Both the position numbers and the translations under genes were made by a program. Below the pieces are notes generated by a model. The model was not told where the DNA came from. It saw nothing but the letters and a program-made list of their open reading frames with translations, and did not search any database. Positions 1 through 8,833 of a stretch of DNA of 64,000 nucleotides are shown here, one piece after another. The stretch covers positions 3,896-67,895 of the forward strand of contig CANQPH010000009.1 in the NCBI GenBank assembly GCA_947625675.1, written 5' to 3'. Position 1 is the stretch's first letter. Each line of letters starts with the position of its first letter. Source of the DNA: an uncultured Acetatifactor sp. Its GTDB lineage: Bacteria > Bacillota > Clostridia > Lachnospirales > Lachnospiraceae.

Positions 1-452
1 CGCCGATTCAGAGAACCATATGGGAAATCGTCTTGAAATGCGGGAGCGCACATCCTGCAGAAGATGCGAGATGCGTGTATGAGATGTTCTTCACCGTATC
101 CATGACTTCTTTGACGGAAGTGAATTCCGCCTTGAAGACCCTTATTGGCAACGAGGAAGGCAACGATATCTATCGGGAACTGAAGGAGCATCATGAATGC
201 AGGCAGGCGCTGGATGAACTGTATCTGCCCACGGCCAAGGAGAGGTTCCTGCGTTATGTGCAGATCGTCCTGGACAGAAGTGACCTGAAGGATATTTCTT
301 CGGAGGAACTGGGGAAATTCCTGCTTCGGATTCCCAGAAAGAACCTGAATTCCATTCGCTCTTCCATGCAGAAGGAATATGGGACGGAGTTGGGTTCTGT
401 GATTTATACGGTGTACAAGCCCCACATCAAAGTTTTGAACAAGATAATGTAA
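1..452 (+). CDS. Hypothetical protein, 5'-truncated by the window edge
   Basis: The frame is open from base 3 (PIQRTIWEIVLKCGSAH...) to TAA at 450-452. No family motif recognised. Confidence 0.6.
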   Translation, partial: PIQRTIWEIVLKCGSAHPAEDARCVYEMFFTVSMTSLTEVNSALKTLIGNEEGNDIYRELKEHHECRQALDELYLPTAKERFLRYVQIVLDRSDLKDISSEELGKFLLRIPRKNLNSIRSSMQKEYGTELGSVIYTVYKPHIKVLNKIM

Positions 453-482
453 ATGTTGTGATTAAGTGAAGGAAGAATATGG

Positions 483-540
483 CTGGCATTGAAGAAGGAC
501 CGGGAGCGGGAAATCGCTTCCGGTCCTTCTTCAATGCCAG
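483..540. terminator. Long inverted repeat (26-bp arms) between convergent genes
   Basis: CTGGCATTGAAGAAGGACCGGGAGCG-GGAAAT-CGCTTCCGGTCCTTCTTCAATGCCAG, with one G.T pair. No clear U-tract. Confidence 0.5.
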
Positions 541-791
541 GACTCTCGCAAAATACGGGTTACGATAGCGCAGGCCTTACGGAAATGCGTTTTTTTGCAA
601 AAAAGGATGCTGCGCTTTCGCACAACATCCCTATGTCAAAAAGGAGGGCCAGCAGACCTTGGGCCTGCTGGCAAGTTATGAAAAGAAAAAAGTTTTTAAA
701 AGGCATTGCTTTCTATATTTTGTATTCTACAATACATATATGGCTAATGTTTGAAGAGAATTTTAACATTTTGTATAAAAACTGTGTGATT

Positions 792-1325
792 TCATGTCTC
801 CCGAATCGTCTGTAAAATCCCGTCCGCTATGGCTTCGGCGATGTCATAAAAGCGGGCGTCGAAGAGGGCGTTGTCGGCGTCCGTATTGAGAAATCCCACC
901 TCCACCAGGACGGCGGGCATCCGGGTTTTGCGCAGCACCACCAGGTTGGGCCGTTCCTGGATTCCCAGGTTCCGGAAGCCGATCAGTTCCAGCTGTTCGT
1001 TGATGTTGCGGGCCAGGCGGGCGGCGGTTCCGTATTTATTGTAAACCAGGGTTTCCACGCCGCTGTACTGGTTGGGAATGGGGCTGGAGTTGCGGTGAAT
1101 GGAAACGAAATAATCCGCATCGGTCTGATTGCCTTCCTGGGCCTTGCGATAAGGCGATTCGTAGACATCCACCGTCCTGGTATAATGTACGTCCACGCCG
1201 TTTTTTTCCAGAATCTGCCCTACCTCCAGGGTGAGGGCCAGAACGTCGTCCTTTTCCTGGCGCCCCAGGTAGACGGCGCCGGGATTGGTCCCGCCGTGCC
1301 CTGCGTCAAGCACTATGAGTGCCAT
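792..1325 (-). CDS. N-acetylmuramoyl-L-alanine amidase (Amidase_3), catalytic domain only
   Basis: Motifs IVLDAGHGG, EKD, FVSIHRN and AVLVEVGF. ATG at 1325 is preceded by GGGAGG; the ORF-track upstream extension is not supported. Confidence 0.9.
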   Translation of the reverse strand: MALIVLDAGHGGTNPGAVYLGRQEKDDVLALTLEVGQILEKNGVDVHYTRTVDVYESPYRKAQEGNQTDADYFVSIHRNSSPIPNQYSGVETLVYNKYGTAARLARNINEQLELIGFRNLGIQERPNLVVLRKTRMPAVLVEVGFLNTDADNALFDARFYDIAEAIADGILQTIRET

Positions 1326-1392
1326 GTCTGAATACCTCCCTTTGATGATGGATAAGATGCCGCCGGGCACCTTTCTATCATGCATCTTTCTA

Positions 1393-1420
1393 TAATATAT
1401 GACCTGGGAGGGGATCCGTG
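1393..1420 (-). promoter_or_regulatory. Putative sigma-K-type promoter for the amidase
   Basis: Minus strand reads CAC-N16-CATATATTA, matching the B. subtilis sigK consensus. Confidence 0.4.
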
Positions 1421-1467
1421 ACGGTTTCCCGGAGGCCGCCATAAAAGCCGTTTTTAGACATAAAAAA

Positions 1468-1541
1468 TGGAAGCAAAGGGGCTCGAACCCTTGACCTCCC
1501 GCTAGTCAGGCGAGCGCTCATCCCAGCTGAGCTATGCTTCC
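1468..1541 (-). tRNA. tRNA-Val(GAC)
   Basis: Cloverleaf GGAAGCA/TGCTTCC acceptor, anticodon loop CT-GAC-TA, T-loop TTCGAGC. CCA not encoded. Confidence 0.95.
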
Positions 1542-1676
1542 AATGAAGTACATTATACTACGTCCCCCCGGAAAAAGCAAGAAAAAAATGAGAATAACTT
1601 GAAAAGCCCTCTCGCAAATGATATATTAGGAATGAAAGATTACTTTTCGGAGTTCGTTCCACGACAAGGGGTCATA

Positions 1677-3898
1677 ATGCCAAAGATAAAACTTTTAAAA
1701 GGAAAGTATGCGCTTTCTGGCAGTCACAAAATTTTAATCGCTATTTTGTTGTTCGTTGCGGTTCTATTGTTAGTCAATCCTTACATCTACAGAAAAGAGT
1801 TGGAAGGGGATTTGGCCGCAGTCAAATTCGATTTCCTCCAAGAGGGGGATTATATTCTGGAAATCGGATTTCAAAATTCTCCCGAAGGGAATGAAATCAT
1901 TATATGGTCGGACGATACCATTGGAACCGACAATATTCCGGGCGAGGAGTTTGCCAGGCTTCCCATAAAGGAAGGAGCGGGCATCGTTGCCATTCCCATA
2001 CATTTGGAAGAAGGGGTTCATAATGTAAGGGTTGGAACTCTGATGGACGGGGAAAAGGAACATTATTTTTTCTCGGTCGCCATTCAAAAAGCGCAGTTGT
2101 TGGGAAGGGATCGTTTTCTGCTGAGCGCCATTTGCCTTGGGCTCGCCCTTTTGATTTTTGGAGCGGTAAGTTATCTGCCGGAAGAAAAATACCGGGAACC
2201 GGCAATCCTTTTTCTCCTGGGTCTGGTGGCGAGCTTCCCCCTTTTTCCGATACTTTGATGGGGGCTGACGATGTGTATTATCATCTGGCCAGAATCGAGG
2301 GAATATATCAGGGCCTCAAAGCGGGAGAGTTTCCTGTCCGAATCAACAGTGTCCAAAATGGTGGGTTCGGGAATCTGTCGGCATCCATGTATCCGCAGTT
2401 GTTCTTGTACCTGGCCGCTTTCCTGAGGCTTGCGAGAGTTTCTTTGATTCTAAGCTATAAGCTTCTGGTGGCCGCCATGAATGTTGGAACCGCCTTTATC
2501 ACTTTCTATAGCATAAAAAACATATATAAGTCGGTTCCAATCGCATACCTTGCTTCGGCATTGTACACTTTTTCTACCTATAGGTTTATAAATATTTATT
2601 TTAGGGCCTCTCTTGGGGAAGCGCTGGCGATGACGTTTTTTCCGCTGCTTCTGTGGGGAGCCTATGAAGTGTTTTGGGGTAATCGGGACAAGTGGATTTT
2701 ACTTGTATTGGGTGTTGAGTGCATTCTCCAATCCCATGTCCTTTCCTTGGAAATCAGCCTGGGTTTTCTGCTCCTGGGAGGAATCCTCTGGCTTTTCTTT
2801 GGCAAACAATCTTTTCAAGAAAAACGGAGCCGCATCCTTTGCGGTCTCAAAGCCGTGCTGTCGGTATGTTTGCTGAGCGCTTCCTTTCTCATTCCCTTTT
2901 TCTTCTTTGCCAGGGACAATATGCAGGTGTTCTACATGAAATCAGAGGTGGCGGACTCGGTGGTTTATTTTTCCCAGATGTTCGCATTGTTTCCCGGGAT
3001 ATCCGGCACGCAGCTCCCTCCGGGGAGCACCGAGGGAGAAATGCCGTTGACGATCGGCCCGGTTCTCTTGTTGGGAGCCTGTGTGTTTTGTCTGGTTGAT
3101 ATGAGACGGGAGCGGGAAAATTCCATGGAAATGAAGCTGGGAAGGTATTGCCTTGGTTGTGGGGCTTTGGCGATCCTGGCCGCCTCCTGGCTGTTCCCCT
3201 GGGACGTGTTCAATCAGAATCCTATCTTTTTAAAGCTGACGGCTCCTTTGCAATTTGCCTGGAGACTGTTCGGCCCTGCCAGCTTTTTCCTGAGCGTCAC
3301 GGCGGCCATTGGATTGTATGCCTTTGCCTCCGGAACAAACTTTGACTTGCGGACAAAGGGAAGGACCTGGATTTATCCCGTGATGGCGGTACTGCTTATG
3401 TGCGGCACTTTCTATTATTTTGACCGCTCGGTGAACGATAAATTTTCCACCAACGATGAAATGACCCTGGAAGGGACCAACTGGTCAGACAGCATGTACA
3501 TGTATGGGGACGGCAAAGATTTTCTGGCATTGCATCTGAAATATAGGTTGGAAGACGCCTATGTTAAAACCTTGTACGGATCCGCTGCAAATTACAGCGA
3601 TTATCGGAAAAAAGCCACACAGATTTCCATTCACGTGGAACCGGCGGGAGAGAGCGTATCGGAAGAATATTTGCTGTTTCCTCTGTATTATGTGCCCGGT
3701 TACAGTATTTATGTCAACGGGGAAAAAGTGCCGACGGAGGAAAAGAACACTTTAGTGTCCTGCAGATTCCCGCAAGCGGAGTCGGATATTCAGGTGCGTT
3801 TCCAGGATCCCTGGTTTTTCAGGGCGGGAGACGTGATTTCCCTGTCCACGGTGGTCCTGTTGCTTTTTTATTATCTGAGGAAGAAAAAGAAGCGCTGA
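1677..3898 (+). pseudogene. GT-C-fold membrane glycosyltransferase-like protein (PTPS-related/YfhO-like), split by a 1-nt frameshift at about 2237-2246
   Basis: ORF1 ends ...ASFPLFPIL* at 2258 and the overlapping ORF2 continues SDTLMGADDVYYHLARIEG...FPVRI...MYPQLFLY with many TM segments. One extra base in C5T5 joins them. Confidence 0.65.
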
Positions 3899-3984
3899 AT
3901 TTACGTAAATTTCCCCTCGCCCGGTCATAAATTTCACATGGTTCAGATATAGTGATGGTGGGAAAAGATGGGCGAGGTGCGCAT

Positions 3985-5004
3985 ATGGATTTTTTTGATC
4001 TGCTGACCATGATCGGGGGACTGGCGCTTTTCTTATATGGAATGAATCTGTTGGGGGAGGGGTTGTCCCGGGCTTCCGGGGGAGGGCTGGAGCGCATCCT
4101 GGGGAAGCTGACCGGCAATCCCGTCAAGGCGGTGCTGGCGGGGGCCGGGGTCACGGCGGTGATTCAATCTTCCTCCGCCGTCACGGTGATGGTGGTGGGC
4201 TTCGTCAATTCCGGCATCATGAAGCTGCAGCAGGCGGCGGGCGTCATCATGGGGGCCAACATCGGCACCACGGCCACGGCCTGGATCCTGAGCCTGACCT
4301 CCCTGGAAAGCGACAGCGTCTTGGTGCGGCTGTGCAGACCGACTTCTTTTTCTCCCGTCCTCGCCATGACCGGCGTGCTGTTCCTCATGCTTTCCAAAAG
4401 TGAAAAATTGAAAAATGCGGCCTCAATCCTGCTGGGGTTTTCCATCCTCATGTTCGGCATGGACACCATGAGCGCCGCAGCAAAGCCCCTGGCCCAGGTG
4501 CCGGAATTCGTGAGCGCCCTGACCCGGTTTTCCAATCCGGTGCTGGGGATGCTGGCGGGGCTGGTCCTGACGGCGGTGATCCAGTCTTCCTCCGCTTCCG
4601 TGGGCATCCTGCAGGCCCTGTGCGCTACGGGGACGGTGGGGTACGGGGCGGCCGTTCCCATCATCCTGGGACAAAACATCGGCACCTGCGTCACGGCCAT
4701 GCTTTCCGCCATCGGCGCTTCCCGAAATGCCAAAAAGGCGGCCCTGGTGCATCTGTATTTCAATGTGATCGGGGTGTTTTTGTTCCTGGGGGTCTTCTAT
4801 GCCGCCGACGCCGTTGCGGGCTTTCCCTTCCTGGAGCGTGCGGCGGACGGCCGTGGGATCGCCGCCATACACAGCGCCTTCAACGTGCTGGCCACTTTAT
4901 GCCTTCTGCCCTTTTCCAATCTTTTGGTCAGGCTAGCCGACCTGACCGTGAGAGAGAAGGGCCCCGCCCGGAAAGCTCCGGCGAAGTCATGCGGGGAGTT
5001 CTAG
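3985..5004 (+). CDS. Na+/Pi cotransporter family protein (membrane part only)
   Basis: Two QSSSA repeats (VIQSSSAVT, VIQSSSASV) with GANIGTT and GQNIGTC. No C-terminal PhoU-like domain. Confidence 0.85.
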   Translation: MDFFDLLTMIGGLALFLYGMNLLGEGLSRASGGGLERILGKLTGNPVKAVLAGAGVTAVIQSSSAVTVMVVGFVNSGIMKLQQAAGVIMGANIGTTATAWILSLTSLESDSVLVRLCRPTSFSPVLAMTGVLFLMLSKSEKLKNAASILLGFSILMFGMDTMSAAAKPLAQVPEFVSALTRFSNPVLGMLAGLVLTAVIQSSSASVGILQALCATGTVGYGAAVPIILGQNIGTCVTAMLSAIGASRNAKKAALVHLYFNVIGVFLFLGVFYAADAVAGFPFLERAADGRGIAAIHSAFNVLATLCLLPFSNLLVRLADLTVREKGPARKAPAKSCGEF

Positions 5005-5137
5005 GGGTTGTCCTCCTCTCCGCTATCTTTCTCGGCAACCTTTTCCGTTTCCGGCGAAGTCATGCGGGGGTTTCTAGGAGTTGTTCTCCTCCCCGCCATC
5101 TTCTTCGGCAACCTTTTCCTTCTCCGGCAGAGTCATG
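4977..5137. repeat. 73-bp tandem repeat, about 2.2 copies, spanning the ends of two convergent genes
   Basis: TCCGGCGAAGTCATGCGGGG at 4977 and 5050, and TCCGGCAGAGTCATG at 5123. Confidence 0.9.
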
Positions 5138-6363
5138 AGCACCTTGGAGATCCGGTTCTGATCGATGCCCTGCACCTTCAAGGTCACGCCGTCGTCCAGG
5201 GTGACTTCCTCCCCGTCCTCCGGCAGCCGGTCCAATTTTTCGATGATGATGCCGCCGATGGAGTCATAGTCCTCGGAATCGAATTCCGTGCCCAGGGCGT
5301 CATTGATGTCGTCCAGCTTCATGCTGCCTTCCACCAGGTAGGTGCGGTCTCCCAGCTCCTGGATCAGCTTTTCTTCGTCCGCATCGTACTCGTCCCGGAT
5401 TTCTCCCACGATTTCTTCCAGCAGATCTTCCAGGGTGATCATGCCCTCGCAGGCCCCGTATTCATTGAGCACGAAGGTGAGATAGGCGGATTTCCGGCGC
5501 ATTTCCAGCATCAGATCGGCGGTTTTCTTGAACTCGTATGTATAATGGGCTTCCCTGAGGATATCCTTCACGGCGAAATGGGCCTCGTCGGCGACCATGA
5601 CGAAATCCTTGATGTTGATGAAGCCCACCATGTTGTCATTGTCCTCCTGATACACCGGCAGCCGGGTATACATGGATTTGCGGAAAACTTCCTGCACCTG
5701 TTCGTAGGTGGAGTCCATGCTGATGGTGGTCATGTTGACCCGGGGAATCATGATGTCCTTGGCCTTGGAGTCGGAGAAATCGAAGACGTTGATGATCATT
5801 TCCTTTTCTTCCGATTCGATGGCGCCGTCCTCGTGTCCCACGTCCATATAAGTGCGCAGATCCGTCTCCGTCAGGGTGGAGCGCTTGGTGGGGTCGATAT
5901 GCATCAGGCGCATGATTCCGCCGGAAAGCTTATCCACGATGAAAATAACGGGGGTCAGCAGGTGCATGAGCCACAGGATGACGTTGCAGTATGCCAGGGA
6001 AAGCTTTTCGTTGGAGACCATGGCCCAGTTCTTGGGGACGATTTCTCCGAACAGGAGGATGATCATGGTCAGGATTCCGGTGGCGATGCCCACGACCAGG
6101 TGGATCCGTATGGCCAGGGTGGTGGCCAGGGCGGAAGCCGACAGATTGACGATATTGTTGCCGATCAGGATTGTGCTCAGCATTTTGCTGTAGTCTTCCA
6201 GAATTTTATTGACCGTGGCGGCTCTCTTGTTGCCCTCTTCCTCCAGAGTGCGCATCCGCACCCGGTTCACCGTGGTGAGGGCGGTTTCGGCGGAAGAGAA
6301 AAAGCCGGACAGGACGACGAGAATCAGAATCGCAATAAATTGTATGGCACCAGGGGTATCCAA
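5074..6363 (-). CDS. HlyC/CorC family CNNM-type transporter (DUF21 + CBS pair + CorC_HlyC)
   Basis: FFSSAETALT, LFGEIVPK, YTRLPVY, GMITLEDLLEEIVGEIRDEYD, YDSIGG. Confidence 0.92.
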   Translation of the reverse strand: MDTPGAIQFIAILILVVLSGFFSSAETALTTVNRVRMRTLEEEGNKRAATVNKILEDYSKMLSTILIGNNIVNLSASALATTLAIRIHLVVGIATGILTMIILLFGEIVPKNWAMVSNEKLSLAYCNVILWLMHLLTPVIFIVDKLSGGIMRLMHIDPTKRSTLTETDLRTYMDVGHEDGAIESEEKEMIINVFDFSDSKAKDIMIPRVNMTTISMDSTYEQVQEVFRKSMYTRLPVYQEDNDNMVGFINIKDFVMVADEAHFAVKDILREAHYTYEFKKTADLMLEMRRKSAYLTFVLNEYGACEGMITLEDLLEEIVGEIRDEYDADEEKLIQELGDRTYLVEGSMKLDDINDALGTEFDSEDYDSIGGIIIEKLDRLPEDGEEVTLDDGVTLKVQGIDQNRISKVLMTLPEKEKVAEEDGGEENNS

Positions 6364-6496
6364 AAAAGTTCACTCCTTCATAAGATAATGTAAAATACAA
6401 ACAGTTTGAAAATTAATATACCTTAGGCCGAAGGGATTGTCAAGTTTTCTTCCCCCGCAACATATATTTTTATAAATTTTTAATAGAAGGAAAAGC

Positions 6497-6901
6497 ATGG
6501 AAAAGAAATTGCAGCCCAGAAAAACCAAGGAAGAGGAGGGAATCGGACTGTTTTCCCTTCTAAAATACCTGTTGCTTTCTTATCTTTGCACGGGGCTTGC
6601 GCTGATGGCGCTGGCTTTTGTCCTGTATCGGTTCCGGCTGTCCGGCCAGGTCGTTTCCATCGTCATCATCGTCATCTACGTGGCCGCCACGTTCCTGGCC
6701 GGCTTCCTGGCAGGGAGGAAGGCGGGCAGCCGCAGGTTCCTATGGGGACTTCTGGAGGGAAGCGCCTATTTCCTGGTCCTGGCGCTCTTGTCCCTCGCCA
6801 TCTATCATTCCGTGGGAGATCTGACCCACTCCTTCCTTACGACCCTTCTTTTATGCGCCTGCGGAGGGATGAGCGGGGGGATGTTCGGCGGGTCCAGATA
6901 A
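6497..6901 (+). CDS. TIGR04086-type four-TM membrane protein
   Basis: Four hydrophobic helices, GFLAG...FLWGLLEG pattern, and its usual position just upstream of scfA. Confidence 0.75.
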   Translation: MEKKLQPRKTKEEEGIGLFSLLKYLLLSYLCTGLALMALAFVLYRFRLSGQVVSIVIIVIYVAATFLAGFLAGRKAGSRRFLWGLLEGSAYFLVLALLSLAIYHSVGDLTHSFLTTLLLCACGGMSGGMFGGSR

Positions 6902-7012
6902 GAGTTTGAAAATAAAGTTCTTTTTTTTACAAAAAACTCTTTCCCAATCGGACATTTTATGCTATACTACAAAAAGTTCACCGGATTTCTATTCATGAAG
7001 GAGGTTATTACG

Positions 7013-7156
7013 ATGAAGCACATCAAGACTTTGACAACCAGAGATCTGAAGGAGTCCATGAAGAAAGGCGGATGCGGCGAATGCCAGACCTCTTGCCAAT
7101 CTGCATGTAAGACTTCCTGCACAGTCGGCAATCAGAGCTGTGAGAAAGTGAAATAA
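7013..7156 (+). CDS. scfA: SCIFF six-cysteine ranthipeptide precursor
   Basis: MKHIKTL...GGCGECQTSCQSACKTSCTVGNQSCE; AAGGAGG RBS. Confidence 0.97.
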   Translation: MKHIKTLTTRDLKESMKKGGCGECQTSCQSACKTSCTVGNQSCEKVK

Positions 7157-7162
7157 GACGAC

Positions 7163-7194
7163 AGTAAGCAGCGATCTTTCAGTCGCTGCTTATT
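7163..7194 (+). terminator. Stem-loop between scfA and scfB
   Basis: AGTAAGCAGCGAT / GTCGCTGCTTATT. Confidence 0.6.
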
Positions 7195-7270
7195 CAATGT
7201 CAGTGTCTCATGGGCGGCCCGGAAGGCTGCCTGGCGGCACCATCCGGGAATCACTAGAAAGGAAAGTTTC

Positions 7271-8656
7271 GTGATACATCAGTATATCAACAATGGTTAT
7301 CATATCGTGATGGATGTGAACAGCGGTTCCGTGCACGTGGTGGATGAGCTCACTTACCGCCTCATTCCTCTGGCCGAGGAGATGGTGGAAGGGGGAGAGA
7401 AGGACGGCGGGAAGATCCTTGCGGGACTTCTGGAAGCAGGGCTTCCTTATTCGGAAGAAGAAGTGCGGGAGGCCGGGGAGGAGATCCTGGAGCTTTGGCG
7501 GGCCGGACAGCTGTTTGCGCCGGATATCTATGAAAACTATATTTTTGATTTCAAAAAGCGGCAGACGGTGGTGAAGGCCCTGTGTCTCCACGTCGCCCAT
7601 GACTGCAACCTGGCCTGCCGGTATTGCTTCGCAGGAGAAGGGGAATACCACGGCAGGAGGGCCCTGATGAGCCTGGAAGTGGGGAAGAAGGCCCTGGATT
7701 TCCTGGTGGCCAATTCCGGGAACAGGGTGAACCTGGAGGTGGATTTTTTCGGCGGGGAACCTCTGATGAACTGGCAGGTGGTTAAGGACCTGGTGGCCTA
7801 CGGCAGGAGCCTGGAAAAGCCGCATAACAAGCGTTTTCGCTTCACCCTGACCACCAACGGAGTGCTCCTGGACGATGAGGTGATGGAATTCGTCAACCGG
7901 GAGATGAGCAACCTGGTCCTGAGCATCGACGGGCGGAAAGAGATCAATGACAAAATGCGCCCCTTCCGGGGAGGGCAGGGCAGCTACGACGTCATCGTCC
8001 CCAAGTTCCGGAAAGCGGCGGAGAGCCGGGGGCAGATGAACTATTACGTCCGAGGCACCTACACCCATTACAACCTGGACTTTGCGGAGGACGTGCTGCA
8101 TCTGGCGGACCTGGGCTTTGAACAGATTTCCGTGGAGCCGGTGGTGGCGGAGCCCTCGGATCCTTATGCCATACAGGAGGAGGATCTCCCCAAGCTTCTG
8201 GCGGAGTATGACTGGCTGGCGGCGGAGATGCTGAAGCGCAGGAAGGAAGGCAGGCCTTTCAACTTCTTCCACTTTATGATCGACCTGGAAGGGGGCCCCT
8301 GCGTGGCCAAGCGTCTGTCCGGCTGCGGCTCCGGCACGGAGTACCTGGCGGTGACGCCCTGGGGGGACTTGTATCCCTGCCATCAGTTCGTGGGAAATGA
8401 AGATTTCCTCATGGGCAACGTGGAGGAAGGGATCCTGCGCACGGACATCCGGGACGAATTCAAGGGCTGCAACGTGTACGCCAAGGAAAAGTGCAGGAAA
8501 TGCTTTGCGAAGTTCTACTGCAGCGGCGGCTGCGCCGCCAATTCCTATCATTTCCACGGCAGCATTAACGACGCCTATGACGTGGGATGCGAGCTGCAGC
8601 GCAAGCGCATCGAGTGCGCCATCATGCTGAAGGCGGCCCGGGCGGAGGAAGAATGA
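7271..8656 (+). CDS. scfB: SCIFF radical SAM/SPASM thioether maturase
   Basis: CNLACRYC motif, DFFGGEP, Cys-rich SPASM tail (CVAKRLSGCGSG, CRKCFAKFYCSGGCAAN), adjacent to scfA. Confidence 0.95.
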   Translation: MIHQYINNGYHIVMDVNSGSVHVVDELTYRLIPLAEEMVEGGEKDGGKILAGLLEAGLPYSEEEVREAGEEILELWRAGQLFAPDIYENYIFDFKKRQTVVKALCLHVAHDCNLACRYCFAGEGEYHGRRALMSLEVGKKALDFLVANSGNRVNLEVDFFGGEPLMNWQVVKDLVAYGRSLEKPHNKRFRFTLTTNGVLLDDEVMEFVNREMSNLVLSIDGRKEINDKMRPFRGGQGSYDVIVPKFRKAAESRGQMNYYVRGTYTHYNLDFAEDVLHLADLGFEQISVEPVVAEPSDPYAIQEEDLPKLLAEYDWLAAEMLKRRKEGRPFNFFHFMIDLEGGPCVAKRLSGCGSGTEYLAVTPWGDLYPCHQFVGNEDFLMGNVEEGILRTDIRDEFKGCNVYAKEKCRKCFAKFYCSGGCAANSYHFHGSINDAYDVGCELQRKRIECAIMLKAARAEEE

Positions 8657-8800
8657 GGCCCGGCGAGGGAGAAATCGAAGCCCCCCTGCGGGCGGACTGC
8701 GGAAGCGCAGGGCCCGGTGAGGGAAGGACGGAAGTCCCTGCGGGCGGCGGAAACGTCAGGCCCGATAAGAGAGAAAGAGTAAGGCCGCCGGATGCGGGAA
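8657..8800. repeat. Degenerate 48-54-bp tandem repeat in the scfB-secDF spacer
   Basis: GGCCCGGYGAGGGA...CCCTGCGGGCGG at 8657 and 8711; a weaker third copy at 8759. Confidence 0.6.
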
Positions 8801-8833
8801 GGATGTGTCCGGGCGGCGGAATGGAGAACAGAA

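Noticed and set aside
489-815. 108-aa ORF between the first gene and the amidase
   Set aside because: TTG start inside the long hairpin, no RBS, and composition typical of non-coding AT-rich DNA.
1468-1541. tRNA-Val as the integration site of the AT-richer glycosyltransferase gene
   Set aside because: The gene lies on the 5' side of the tRNA. I saw no integrase and no duplicated tRNA 3' end.
2237-2246. Programmed -1 ribosomal frameshift in the glycosyltransferase gene
   Set aside because: C_CTT_TTT is not a canonical X_XXY_YYZ slippery site and I saw no clear stimulatory structure. A DNA-level indel is more parsimonious.
7013-8656. SCIFF peptide and radical SAM enzyme as a novel RiPP system
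   Set aside because: This is the well-described, widely conserved clostridial scfAB pair.
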